From NCBI GenBank assembly GCA_002269645.1, contig NIVC01004726.1, positions 1-36,945 of the forward strand: a stretch of DNA of 36,945 nt, given 5' to 3'. Numbering within the stretch: position 1 is the stretch's first letter; every line of letters starts with the position of its first letter. Of the stretch, positions 20,280 through 32,099 are shown piece by piece. The translations under genes and the position numbers were made by a program. This stretch comes from Macrostomum lignano. Lineage: Eukaryota. The notes under the pieces are model-generated. The model made no database searches and was not told the origin of the DNA. It worked only from the letters and a program-made list of their open reading frames with translations.

Positions 20280-23200
20280 CACTGTGAGACTGTGATAGGG
20301 TAGCAGTCTGAGCTGCAGCAGACATATACATGTACAGGGTGTGGAGTCACGACCCCCCGCAGTGCCAGCACTATGCACAGGCTGTGCGCAGCCCTCAGAT
20401 GCGCTGCGCAATTGCACAACACCAGACGGGGCGCATTTTTACATTAAAAATAATAAATTTCTAGTCAAAGGTGTGGCTAGAATCGGAATTTCAAAACACG
20501 TGTAATCTTTTACAGTTGAAAATCTTTTATAACCATACAGCTAGTGGCCGGCATCCTATGCATGCAGCCCTGGAAATTCTGTAGCAAATTATAAAAGTTC
20601 ATTATAAATTATAAACCTTGCTGTCAATAGCTGATGTATGCCGCTTGCCCCACGTCATGTTTCGAAATCGAGAGTTGATATTCAACAAATATTAACAGTA
20701 CACTTGTAGCAAGCTCTGGAGTGCTAAGGTGAAAAAATATAGAGTGAATGTAGTTCCAATTGCAACGCAATAGTGGAAAAACGTCAATACAGGATCAGGC
20801 GGCGACAATTTCCCATCGATAGATACTGATATATTGTGATTACGCAAATCACAGCTAAAGCTGTGCTACATAAATCAAGATAATCAACACCTAGTGAAAG
20901 CAAGTCTCACTTAATGAGCAAACGTCTCCACCAAATAGACAGACTCAAGTCCAGTGTACCGAAAACCTTGTGTGCGGGAGTTATCTACAAATTCTCGTGC
21001 GTTGCTGAGCAATGCGGGTTTTACATAGGTAAAAATGAAAGTTGTCTATTCCTGAGGCGTTGTACATTAAACAGCTAAAGCCCGCCATGAACATCCGACT
21101 TGGTGGTAGAGGGGCGAGTGTCCTGACCTATGCCCTTGCCTCTCAATCAGTGCCTTCTAACTTTGCTACCCATACCTGCTTATTTGCATCATATTGGCTT
21201 ACTAGGCTTAAAAAATTACCTTCTTTCTGGTATAATTGCCTGAAGATGCCGATTGTTTGATTCCTTAAAAGTGTCACGGGATTTAGTGTTTGTCATAGGT
21301 TTCAAATGTAATTCCCGAGTGGTGACTAAGCCACCCAGTCATCAAGGCGAATTGAGAATTAAAAAACGCTGCACCGCATGAACTTTTCGTCCTAGTTCAC
21401 TGTCTGTCCTGGCTTGTTTCCCAGCGCTCTAAAGACGAAATTAAGGAAGTCATTTCTTCTCATTATAGGAACGTCTCAAAATACTTTTCTTCCCCCAACA
21501 TGCAGTGAGCACAAAGAGGAAATAGGGGAAATACAAAAAAAATCGAGAGACCCGCTACCCTCATGCATGTGAGAACTGGAAACTGGACACTGTCGCAGCG
21601 ACCGCCAAGTCAAGAGGGAAACTTCTAGGCTTCTAGAAGGGGCTTCTAGGCTTGCAGTTGAGAATTGTCTAAAACCGAATTACCTACCCCACCTCAGCCT
21701 CCCCTATTGGCAACTGAAACGCATAGGAAAAATCGACAATTTCAGGAGAGGATCTCTCGCCAAAACCCATGTAGCCCCCACCCATACGCGGACCATGCAG
21801 GATGCGCGGACAGGCAGTTTATCCGCGGAACGGGGGGAAATTTAAGGAAGAAGAGGATGAAGGGAGGAGAAAATCGAGCAGGCAAAAATTTCCCACTCCC
21901 CTATTTCCCGAATCCTCACCTCGCAGCACGCGAGGGGCAGAGGCATCGGACTAAGGCTGCTACGGACCCGGTGCAGAGATATATGGAAAACAGGACAGAA
22001 CGCGGGATTGCAAGTTGACGCCGCACCCATCGTTGCCGAGAGTCCGTGCAGCCAAATTAGATTGACCAAAACTCCCCGCACCCGCAAAGGGAAAATCGCT
22101 AGTCCCAATTTCTACTCCAGGAACTACTCCCGCATCTAAGGGGAAAATTGCTAGCAAGCGAACCAGTACGGATCAAACTAATACAAATTTAATGAGATTA
22201 GGCGTCGCCCGCATCAATCGATACTTCATTGTGGCGATAGTAACTTATTTGAACAGAAAGTAATTCAACAACCAACTTGCCGGAAAATCTATATGCTCGT
22301 ATAATGGTGGAAATCATTTTAAGATTAGGCAATTTTTTTCTATTTTAAGTCTTTAATTTGTACTATTGAGCACTTGAGTTCGTATCGACTAAGTTTTAAT
22401 TTTTTCTGATTAACGGCGGTATTAAATTTGAGCGCAAATTCAAGCATCCAAACAAAGTTTCCAAGAAATGTAAAGCAGAATAGGAAAATAAACAAGCTAC
22501 AAATAAAATATACGCGATCGCTAATCGCACGCGGCCGACTAAATTCTTTAATCAGAGCGAATCCCATAGTGAGATAAATACGCTCGTAGTATATGCTGAA
22601 AATAAGAACTCGATAAAGCTGATAGCAAAGAGAACTTGTTGCCCAGAGAAGGAAAGAAATCGGAGAATAGGGAATTAGAGAGAGAGAGAGGGTAATACTA
22701 GTAGGCAAAAAGGGAGCCAGCATGCAAGCATTGGCATGGAAATCTGATTGGATTACAAAGCCTATATAGAGAAGCCCAATGCGGATTGAACCCCCAAGTA
22801 CGGTAAACTGCAAGAGAAACTTCTGCAAAATATTTCAGAGGCCTTTAAAGTCAGCCCCTCACCACAGATTCTCGATCTCTTTAAAAAAAGCTTCCTGTTT
22901 CAGACATATTCGAATAAAACCGGGCATTAGGCAAAAGTATAGGCCTAATGGATAATAGGCTCCGAAAAATTCAAGAGGAAATTAAAAATAAAAGTAACAA
23001 AGTGTCTCAGCAACGGACAAAAGTGCAAATTGAAGCCCAACTAAGACACGGCTGGTTGGTCAGCCATGGGAGGTTCCTTTAACTCAAAATATGATTTTTA
23101 AGCCTCTCAAGTGATTAATTGCAAGATTCTGCTTGAATAAATTTTAGCTTTGCAACTTGCTGAAACATTGCTGATACAAGTCTTCTCTTAAAATCACTGG

Positions 23201-24294
23201 AGCACGACTCAAGGGCTAAACGAAGCCCTACTAGAAAATTGAAAACAACAGACATGGAAATCGACTATAATTATTGAATTAAAGGGCTGCTCTGAGACAC
23301 CGAAATGCTAATCAGTCTAGCCTCAATCGTACTACATGTTATATCTAGCCTTGAGCAGACACACGTGCACATGGGAGCAGCTTGAAAATCAATGGGCCTT
23401 AGACATCGATTAGCAGTGTAATCTTCTTTGCTTACTGTCCTTACCAAGACAAATTACCTCCCGCAGAGTTAGAAATCGATTAGTATTCTGAGACGATTCG
23501 ATTGAACATAATCTCAGTGCACTAACTGTATCGAAAGGACATAATCGATCCAGTATTTAATCTCTTCATTGGAGAGATCCGGCACCTACTTGACAGCAGA
23601 CAGAAACAGCTGCGGTGATAAGACATCGTCTAAATCCAATTTAAAATATTCCTTTTTCATTCTCTCTTTTAGCTGGCAATGTCCTCTCTATAATAATTTC
23701 CTCTCTAAAATAGAGCTAGAATCTTTGTACCGCCTCCAGCACTAAGTATCATCTCGCTAGCGCGAGTCTTCAGATCGACAGACACTTAGGCTTAACCTCT
23801 CGACAAGCCAGTCTCGTTTCCACAGCCCCCCCCTCGGGCAAAATAAGAAGTGCACGAAGAAAGGTGAAACTATAAAACAACCTGCTTGTACTCGTCAGAG
23901 GCTGGGAGGGAAGCGATAAATGGGCCCTTTAGAATCAAGGATGTGTCAAAAAGAGCTAGACTGAGGCGGAAGGCCTTTTTGTTTCAATAGATGGAATGGC
24001 AGCGAAGAGTTTGTGCTGCTTTGCGCGTGTATTTATATGAGATTTACAAACAACGCCAGATTGAGGGGCCAAGGGAGGTGCGAAAAGGTGGCATGGCGTG
24101 ATTGGCTACGCCAACCCCCCCGGCTTAGCGAGCCGGCTAGCTTGGCGCGTACCCACCCCACCTCAGCTAGACAGAGGCGGGGGGGGGGTTTCCAGTGCGG
24201 CTGCACTGGTGCTGCCGGTCGCGTAGTCTGGCCGCCACACAGCTCCCCCCAGCACCGAGCTAGGCCCCGAACGTCGGGTGGTAGCCGAGGCAGC

Positions 24295-24832
24295 GAGAGC
24301 GCCGAGGAGCGGGCGCCGAAGGCGGCGGGGGCGCGAGGCGGGCGCCGAAGGCAGCAGAGCGCCGATGGCAGCAGGTCGCCGAGCGGGCGCCGATGGCAGC
24401 AGGTCGCCGAGCGGGCGCCGATGGCAGCAGGTCGCCGAGCGGTCGCCGGGCGGGCGCCGAAAGCAGCAGGGCGCCAGGCGGGCGCCGGGCGGGCGCCGAA
24501 GGCAGCAGGGCGCCAGGCGGGCGCCGAAGGCAGCAGGGCGCCAGGCGGGCGCCGAAGGCAGCAGCAGGGCGCCAGGCGGGCGCCGAAGGCAGCAGCAGGG
24601 CGCCAGGCGGGCGCCGAAGGCGGCAGGGGCGCGAGGCGGGCGCCGAAGGCAGCAGGGGCGCGAGGCGGGCGCCGAAGGCAGCAGGGCGCCAGGCGGGCGC
24701 CGAAGGCAGCAGAACGCCAGGCGGGCGCCGAAGACAGCAGGGCGCCAGGCGGGCACCGATAGCAGCAGGGCGCCAGGCGGGCGCCGATGGCAGCAGGGCG
24801 CCAGGTGGGCGCCGAAGGCAGCAGGGGCGCGC
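24295..24832. repeat. Very GC-rich ~21-27-bp minisatellite (GGCGGGCGCCGAAGGCAGCAGGGCGCCA-like) inside the LTR element
   Basis: About 20 variant units; responsible for the overlapping Ala/Arg/Gly/Pro-rich ORFs on both strands. Confidence 0.9.
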
Positions 24833-25207
24833 GGCCGTACCACACCAGAGGCAATCGACAGTCAGTTGCCGCCGTGAGCCGGATCGATGCTCCTGCACAG
24901 AGGCTGGGGACGTTAGGCTAGCAGCAGCGGTGCTAACCTAGAAGTAGCTGCAGCGTGTGGCGCTGGTTGGTCCAACGCGGGGGCCGAAAGGCGAGACCCC
25001 AGGAGCTACCGGGGGGCGGGCTGACTGGGCCGATTCGTGCTGCTGGGCTGCGGTGCTGCTGGGCTGCGGTGCTGCTGTGCTGCGGTGCTGCGGTGCTGCG
25101 GTGCTGCGGTGCTGCCTGTTGCAGTCGGCCAAGGCGGTTGGCTGCCAGGACCGCACAGGGCCGACCAGGTAGGCCCAGCGTTCCGCGCTGGGTGTCGGGC
25201 TCACCAA

Positions 25208-25485
25208 TGAGGCGGAAGGCCTTTTTGTTTCAATAGATGGAATGGCAGCGAAGAGTTTGTGCTGCTTTGCGCGTGTATTTATATGAGATTTACAAACAAC
25301 GCCAGATTGAGGGGCCAAGGGAGGTGCGAAAAGGTGGCATGGCGTGATTGGCTACGCCAACCCCCCCGGCTTAGCGAGCCGGCTAGCTTGGCGCGTACCC
25401 ACCCCACCTCAGCTAGACAGAGGCGGGGGGGGGGTTTCCAGTGCGGCTGCACTGGTGCTGCCGGTCGCGTAGTCTGGCCGCCACA
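25208..25485 (-). promoter_or_regulatory. 5' LTR with CCAAT box (25347-25351) and TATA box TATAAATA (25276-25283) on the - strand
   Basis: The - strand reads AGCCAATCA...~65 nt...CATATAAATACA; the same motifs occur in the 3' LTR at 24101-24105 and 24030-24037. Confidence 0.7.
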
Positions 25486-26671
25486 AAACTGTATTTATTT
25501 TGTGATTACAGCGTCAGCGTCACGCTGGAAGCTTTAGCCCGTCTCGACTCAATCCGATCACAAGGCATAAAGGCAAAACAGCTAAAATACAACCACATCG
25601 ATTCAGTCTTTGTAAATAAAACAAAACTGTCCAGTCTAAAAGTGCAAAACATTCGCTATAAATTTGATCTTAATATCCCATTCCTTAGATTTTAGAAATA
25701 TGCACTTTATAAGCCTTTACTTTATATTATTAATAATGCCTGACTCGAGATGGAAATCGGTCGTTAGTCAACACAGATGGAAAGCCCATTCGACTGTACC
25801 ACCAGGAATGTTTAATAATGGGATCCAGATCCAGTCCTTAAGTGCAATCTAGGAGTGGCCCACAAGAGGGAAGTAAAAGGCTTGGTTGCGGATGGGAGGA
25901 CCATGAAAAACTTTTTTTGATGCTCGAACGCAAGCCTAACTCCTATCGAAATGCTTTGTGTAATTCAGATGCTTCCCACACATAATACACCTACTAAACT
26001 ACGCACAAAAACATACTTTGCAAAGCAATTCGTGCGGCCACGCCGGGGACACTTTGCCAGAATCAGCAAAACAGAAGAAAGTTAGTGCCAGGAAACACAC
26101 ACACACACACACGAATACAATACATAAATGTTTCCAGAATCTACGTCAAAAAAGATTTATTACCTCATTCGTTCGACCCCGTATATCCGTCCTCTCATAG
26201 CGTCGGAACAAAAAAACAATTTGCTGCTATCTACCAAAGCTATAATACCGTCTGACTGACTGACTGAATGTCGTGATAAAGCAAAACTAAGAAACATAAT
26301 CCAAATGAAAAAATGAGATTTCGGATGCAAATTCAATCCAGTACCACGAACTTACACGACAGGAATTCAGACAAAGCGACGGAACGTTCAAACGTGACAC
26401 CCAGAGAGAATTGGGAGACAGAAAGAACAACGATAACATTTTAACTGCAGTGCTGCAAAGTATGGGTGTCTGCCATTAAATTAACCTTTGCTTGTCACTA
26501 CATGCATTCCGTCACAAGCGTCACAACCAAATTACAAACCATATATTGAATCACTGAAGAGAGGGATACTGTAGACTACAGAAGAAGCAAAGGGAAAGTT
26601 GCCTACCCGAAGATCCAAGAACTAGTGGTAGAAGTAGCCTACCGAACTACCAGGGTGGTGCAGTAACCTTA

Positions 26672-26810
26672 GGGTCCGTTCACATTACCGCTCGTAGCTC
26701 TGTGGATCCAAGATTGATTGAATCAATTTGCAGTTGGTTCACGCCCATGTTAAATTTGATTTGAGAAATCTTAGACCCGTGGAGCTTACTGTGGTAATGT
26801 GAACCCGCCT
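26672..26810. mobile_element. Candidate PIF/Harbinger-type (Tourist-like) MITE, about 139 bp
   Basis: Perfect 12-bp inverted core GTTCACATTACC (26678-26689) / GGTAATGTGAAC (26793-26804); G-rich start and C-rich end; TTA on both flanks (26669-26671 and 26811-26813). Confidence 0.55.
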
Positions 26811-29602
26811 TTACTGAAGGACCGGGAGTAGCAGCGAGATACCAAAAACCACAAGGGTTGGACTAGAGAGGGCTAGTAAAAACACTGGTAAATTCCGGGT
26901 AGACATACGAGCAAAGTCATGTGTGGTCTACCAAAAACTAGAATGGTAAGCTAGCAGCGGCCTTCATAAAGATTAGTTAGAAAGGAGCGCCGACCCAAAA
27001 AGGGATGAAGCACACATTAAATTAAATTTAGACAGAGCTAAGCCAGACACCAGCATAAATAAAAAACTCAGCCAATGTTTGTAGATAAGTTGCACAAGTG
27101 CACGCGAACTAGAGGCGAATCTGATTGATTAATATACTCGCTCGTTTCGTTAAAAACTTAAAGCTCCAAGTCGCAGGAAAACCAATGCTAATCTGTGCTA
27201 ATATCTATACGAAATCCTCTGATACATTTACTGTGGATAAAAAATGCATACAGTGCGGTATTGCAGCAAAATATTCATAAAACATAGCGATAGTCCCTGC
27301 AGCGACTCAAGTGTTTACACAAAACCCCAGACATCGGACTATACAAAGGGGGCCGAAGTTCGGCTACACAGCTTTGTTTACCCAACACACACGCATATGG
27401 GGGAATTTACAAGATTACCTTTCGCATGTCTTTGAGCGATATGGGAGCGTAAGATAAAGGCAACTAAATAAATAAACTAATTAGATTCGTCTAGCTACAT
27501 TCGCATAATAAAGGTAGATAAACTTTCACATCGTCGCAGATCAATTGATCAAATGTGGCGAAACGGAAACAGAAAAATAAAACCATAAATCAATACTTTG
27601 TAACGCAGCTCTACAAAGCAGGAATCAAAATATTGTTAAGACACGCAACTAGTCGGTCCGGAAAAATAACAGAAAAAGCAACTGTCTTCGTTAAAGAAGG
27701 ATGTAAAGTTAATTTGAACTATTGTAGAAAACATACTAGATATCTGGATTTTTATCCTTGAAGAAAAAGTCATATTTTGTACACTCTTCAATAGCATTAA
27801 AAATTTATTAAATTTTCTATATAGCTGGGGTGGATCTCGTGAAGCCACTTGCCAGACAAATTACAAGTGACAAGTGACATTCCGCCAACTAATGCGTTCC
27901 ATGAGAAGTTGTGACAAATCTACAAGTTACAAGTGACAATTAGTCAAGCGCTATCCTGACAAGTGAAAAAACTTGTCAAGCGTTTCGTTTAACAAAACAT
28001 CCGGCATTTAAATGATTTGGAGTGTTTTGTTTCGTATCCCTATACAAAAAATAAACTAACATCTGCTACTCATTCGCTTTGACTCATATTAATTATAATG
28101 CCTTCGAATTGCAAGGGGAATAAGAGCTAACATATCTCGAAGCACGCTCAGTCAGTCATTTCCCAAGACAGAATCTAATGCATCTTTACACAATCTATCA
28201 GTCAAAGAAAGCTTACTTGCTCACCGGTGCCGAAAATATATGGTCGGTGAAATAAAAAAAATCGATTTTAACACCCGTCACCATTCTTAAGCGACATGAA
28301 AGGATACTAGCCTCTGAGTGACAGAGATTTCGCATAGATATTTTTGCAACTCAGCCTTATATGACATGCAGCCATGAAGACTTACAAAGAAATAAAATTA
28401 TAATTAAACCCCATCGACAAAGTCGATATCGTTCTATCGTTCGATATCGACAAAGCCATAAAAAAGTTAAAAACGATAGGACTTTTTGAAATAATTAAGC
28501 CAATGCTGAGCAGTGCTATTAGCTAGGATACGCTCGTAACATTTCCATGACTACAATATATTTTTACTTACAGTAAGCTAGTTGATCTAACTCCGTTATA
28601 TTGGGCTCTATATATGCGTGGCCACACTATTATGAACTCATTCCATTTTTTAGATACTAAGTGCAAAAACTAAATATCGATGAAAATTTCTATATGATAA
28701 ATACGCAACTATGGGCACTGAAAATTTAATAATACGAGCTAAAAGAAGTCTCTCAGACCGGAAGCTGGAATGCTCTGAGGGCTATTGTTAAAGCCGCTGC
28801 CTTAACTTCTCGAATGCAAGGCTTGCGTGACCCGATGAAAGACAGACAGGCAGGGAGCAGAGCTGATAGCGCAGGAGCCAGAATTACAGTGTAACAGTGA
28901 CAAGTCTGTCAGAAATCATCAAATATTGTGAATATCCACACTGGGTCTGGGAACTTCGAGGGACACTGGCTAGATTCGTTAGTGTGCCACATAAAGTTGT
29001 CTTTACGCAAGCAAAGTAAGAATTTTTGTCACGAAGCTCTGCATGCTATCAGCCGCCAATGTGGGAAAATAAAAAAATTACCCGAGGTTTTGACATGCAA
29101 CACACTTATTGCATCTAGCTTAGAATTCCTGATGACAGCTAGAAATATAGCTCGTAGAAGACCATAAGAAATCTCCCGGGAGCTGGCTTTCTTATCCATT
29201 TACTCGTCAGAAAACCCACAAAATCAAAAGGACATTTACGAGAGCACAACAAAAAGATGGGAATAGGAAAAGCATAGAAAAACTGGCGAAAGCCAATCAG
29301 ACCTAACCACGAGCGGGAGACGGCGAGAGGCCAGAAATATAAGGTTAAAAACGAAGAGTGGGAAAAAGCTCGGCTACATCAAAATCCCTGGCCTGAGGCA
29401 CTTGCTCTCTAACTCCAAATTCCAGCCAGAAAAGCACGCTCCAAAGGCAGCGACTATCAGACAGTGTTTGAAGGCCATGACCAAACAAAAGGCTTTGTTG
29501 CCAACTAATTTCCTAACACAATAGCCTACAATTGTTTCCACTTTGCCCAGGAACATTACTAATACGACAGCGACCGACGCTTGAAGCGCATTCAACGACA
29601 GA

Positions 29603-30968
29603 ATGCCAGACAACCAAACAACTAAGATAAACTACAGCAAAAGCGATATGGCATTAGACATGGCCCTGCTAATAGCTCTCTCAGTTATCGGCGTTTTTGG
29701 CAACAGTCTCATCATAATCTGCGTGATAGTACACAAGAAGATGAAAAATGTCACTTCGCTCTTTGTAGCGAACCTCGCTGCAGCCGACCTGTTCTTGGCC
29801 GGTTTAGTCGCCCCGGGTTCAATTCGAATGCTATGGCACCAACCCGGCATGCCAAATAGCCCCTGGTGCAAATTGTTCGGTATTGCACTGTTCTTTAGCT
29901 GCGCCGCTACTGTCAACTTTAGCGCTTTGATAGCACTCACTCGCTACATTGTTATCTGTAAGTCTCACCTGGTCGTGCAACTGTTCAGACACAAGCGAAG
30001 CGCACTTTGGTGCATCGGACTGTGGACATATAGTGTGATACAAGTGGCACTGCCATCAGGCACTCAGCTATTCCAATACAACTACAATCAGGTGATCGAC
30101 GTCTGCCACTTAAACTACACTAAACACCCAATTGCAATTGCCGTGTACATCAATGTCCTGTGCTTTTGCCTTGTGTGGTAGTCTGCATCGCCTGCTACGC
30201 ATTGATTTTTTCCGTACTCAGGCGCACAAGACGAAACTTGCAACAGCACATGGGAGCCGCCAATGCCGCTTTTCTGGCCAGAAAACTGAGCCGCGAAAGA
30301 CGTGCAACGCTGCCGCTCTTTATATCATAGTGTCATTCTTTCTTCACTGGCTACCGGTAATGATTTTATTCGGCGTTGATCCAAGCTTTCAATACAATCC
30401 TCAGATTCATCGCTACCTTGGCATATTTAGCATATCAAGCGCCTGTGACAACTGGATTATTTACGGCATACTAAACAGAAACTTTGCCGATGGATACCGT
30501 TTAGTTCTGTGCTACTGGCGACGGATTTGGGGAGCTCAACCAGCTGGCAGCGTCGATCAGAAACTGGCCCGGCGTGCTAGCAAGGCCAACCATTCGCACC
30601 CGCCGTCAGAACTGCGACAAGCCAATCATCCCATGGCCATTCCTCTAGTCAGCGAAGAGGATTTCAACGATCTAAGCGCCAACAATTGCAGATCCCGAGA
30701 GGCGGAGCAGATCGCCGAAGATCACGATTATAACGATGGTTCATCATCGAATTCTGAATCGGATTCGGATGCTGGGGCTGAGGACGAGTTTCAGCGCATC
30801 AACAGCCGATGCTGCAGTTATCCTAAAAACACGGGACAGCAGCAACAGCTGCATCTGCAAGTGCAAAGAGACGGAAGTAGCAACACGCAGAGCTTTGAGC
30901 TAACACCCGTGCATCAACTGTTAGCAGCTCCTGCGTCTATTGATGATGAAAATGAGGACAAGGAATAA
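29603..30968 (+). CDS. Intronless class A (rhodopsin-like) GPCR with melatonin/moody-receptor-like motifs; two apparent 1-bp deletions; about 455 aa if repaired
   Basis: TM1 GVFGNSLII, TM2 FVANLAAADL, TM3 CKLFG...IALTRYIVIC, TM4 W, and ECL2 Cys. A bridging third frame 30175-30330 reads VVVCIACYALIFSVLRRTRRNLQQHMGAANAAFLARKLSRERRA. TM6 IIVSFFLHWLP, TM7/H8 CDNWIIYGILNRNFADGYRLVL, then a Ser/acidic tail. Confidence 0.88.
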
Positions 30969-32099
30969 GTTATGCCGATAGATCGTACTTTTGAATAACC
31001 GTTAATACATTTATACTCAGCTAATGGATACTAAATTGACGATGAGTTGCTTTAAGCGTAAGCGTAAATACCAATTCTCGTCACAACTTTACTAAAAACG
31101 TTGCTTTGCATGTTACTACTTTGTATATGCATTATAAAGTAAAAATATCTCGGAAGTTGCAACAGCTTTGTACTATATCCAGAAATCCAAATACTTTCGC
31201 GTGGTATAATGCCCTGATTCAAATTACAGACTGCAGAATATAAAGCAGATTGACAAATGCCTAAAGAATGACGACAGTGTCAACGATAACCGTTTGCATG
31301 ACAAATCAAGAGCAAATTCGTGTTCTAGCATTTTTTTAGACATTTGCATGCCTAAACTATAGCAGAACGTTTCACAAATCAAGCTATTGAATGAAAGTAA
31401 TAACAAGTAACTATAAGCCAATAATAGGCTGCAGTAAGCGGCTGAGAAACAATAGTCACGTGAGATGCCAATGCCATCAGCAAGTCAAAAATCCACCTAT
31501 CTAAATGAGATAATAGATAAAAAACTACAAGCTGGAAATACGATGAGGGCTAGAACAAACAAAAGCGAACTCAATGCGAAATTGCAGAGTAGCATATAGC
31601 TGAGCGAGTAAATTCGCATGAAATTTGAGTTAGCTACAGCTCCGGGTTAAATAAAGCCTCCTCCAAGTGATCCTAAACGACGTCAAAATGTAAGCCAGAA
31701 TGATTCGATCAGTCAAAGAGTCAGGATAAAAGACGAAAAATTGAAAGATGCAGAAAAGTCAACAGTTAATCCAGCCACTAGAAAAGGGCAAAAAGCGTTC
31801 TCTAGCTAGTTCAAGTCCAAGAGCCAATGCACAATATATGGACCTGTGGCAATGGGGTGGAAATTGTATATGAGCACTTAAAGCACTTATATGAGCAGAA
31901 CAGGGGCAGTTCAGGTACAGTATCTACATAATATCCCAGTGGAGCACTGGCGCCCGCGGTCCAACATATGGCGCTGGGCGCCAGAACATCGAACCTCGAC
32001 GCCGAGTTTTTCAGAATTTTTACTGTACTACTTATTATCAAAAGGGCGGATAGTGGAGTACACTGTGTTTAAAAGCACGTTTTTTTATTATTTAAGGTG

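Larger units (their letters stand above)
23962..25485 (-). mobile_element. Non-autonomous LTR retroelement (TRIM-like), 1524 bp, with two identical 278-bp LTRs
   Basis: Direct repeats 23962-24239 and 25208-25485 are identical by eye and have TG...CA ends. On the - strand the PBS TGGTGAGCCCGAC starts 1 nt after the 5' LTR, and the PPT GGGGGGAG lies 3 nt before the 3' LTR. No gag/pol similarity in the ~970-bp internal region. Confidence 0.88.

Noticed and set aside
22340-22828. 162-aa hydrophobic minus-strand ORF resembling a membrane protein
   Set aside because: Hydrophobicity is explained by the T-rich strand composition; starts at a non-ATG codon; no family motif.
24013-25537. Many overlapping 90-270-aa ORFs considered as gag-like or antisense proteins
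   Set aside because: They arise from GC-rich repeats lacking stops; no zinc knuckle, protease, RT or integrase motifs.
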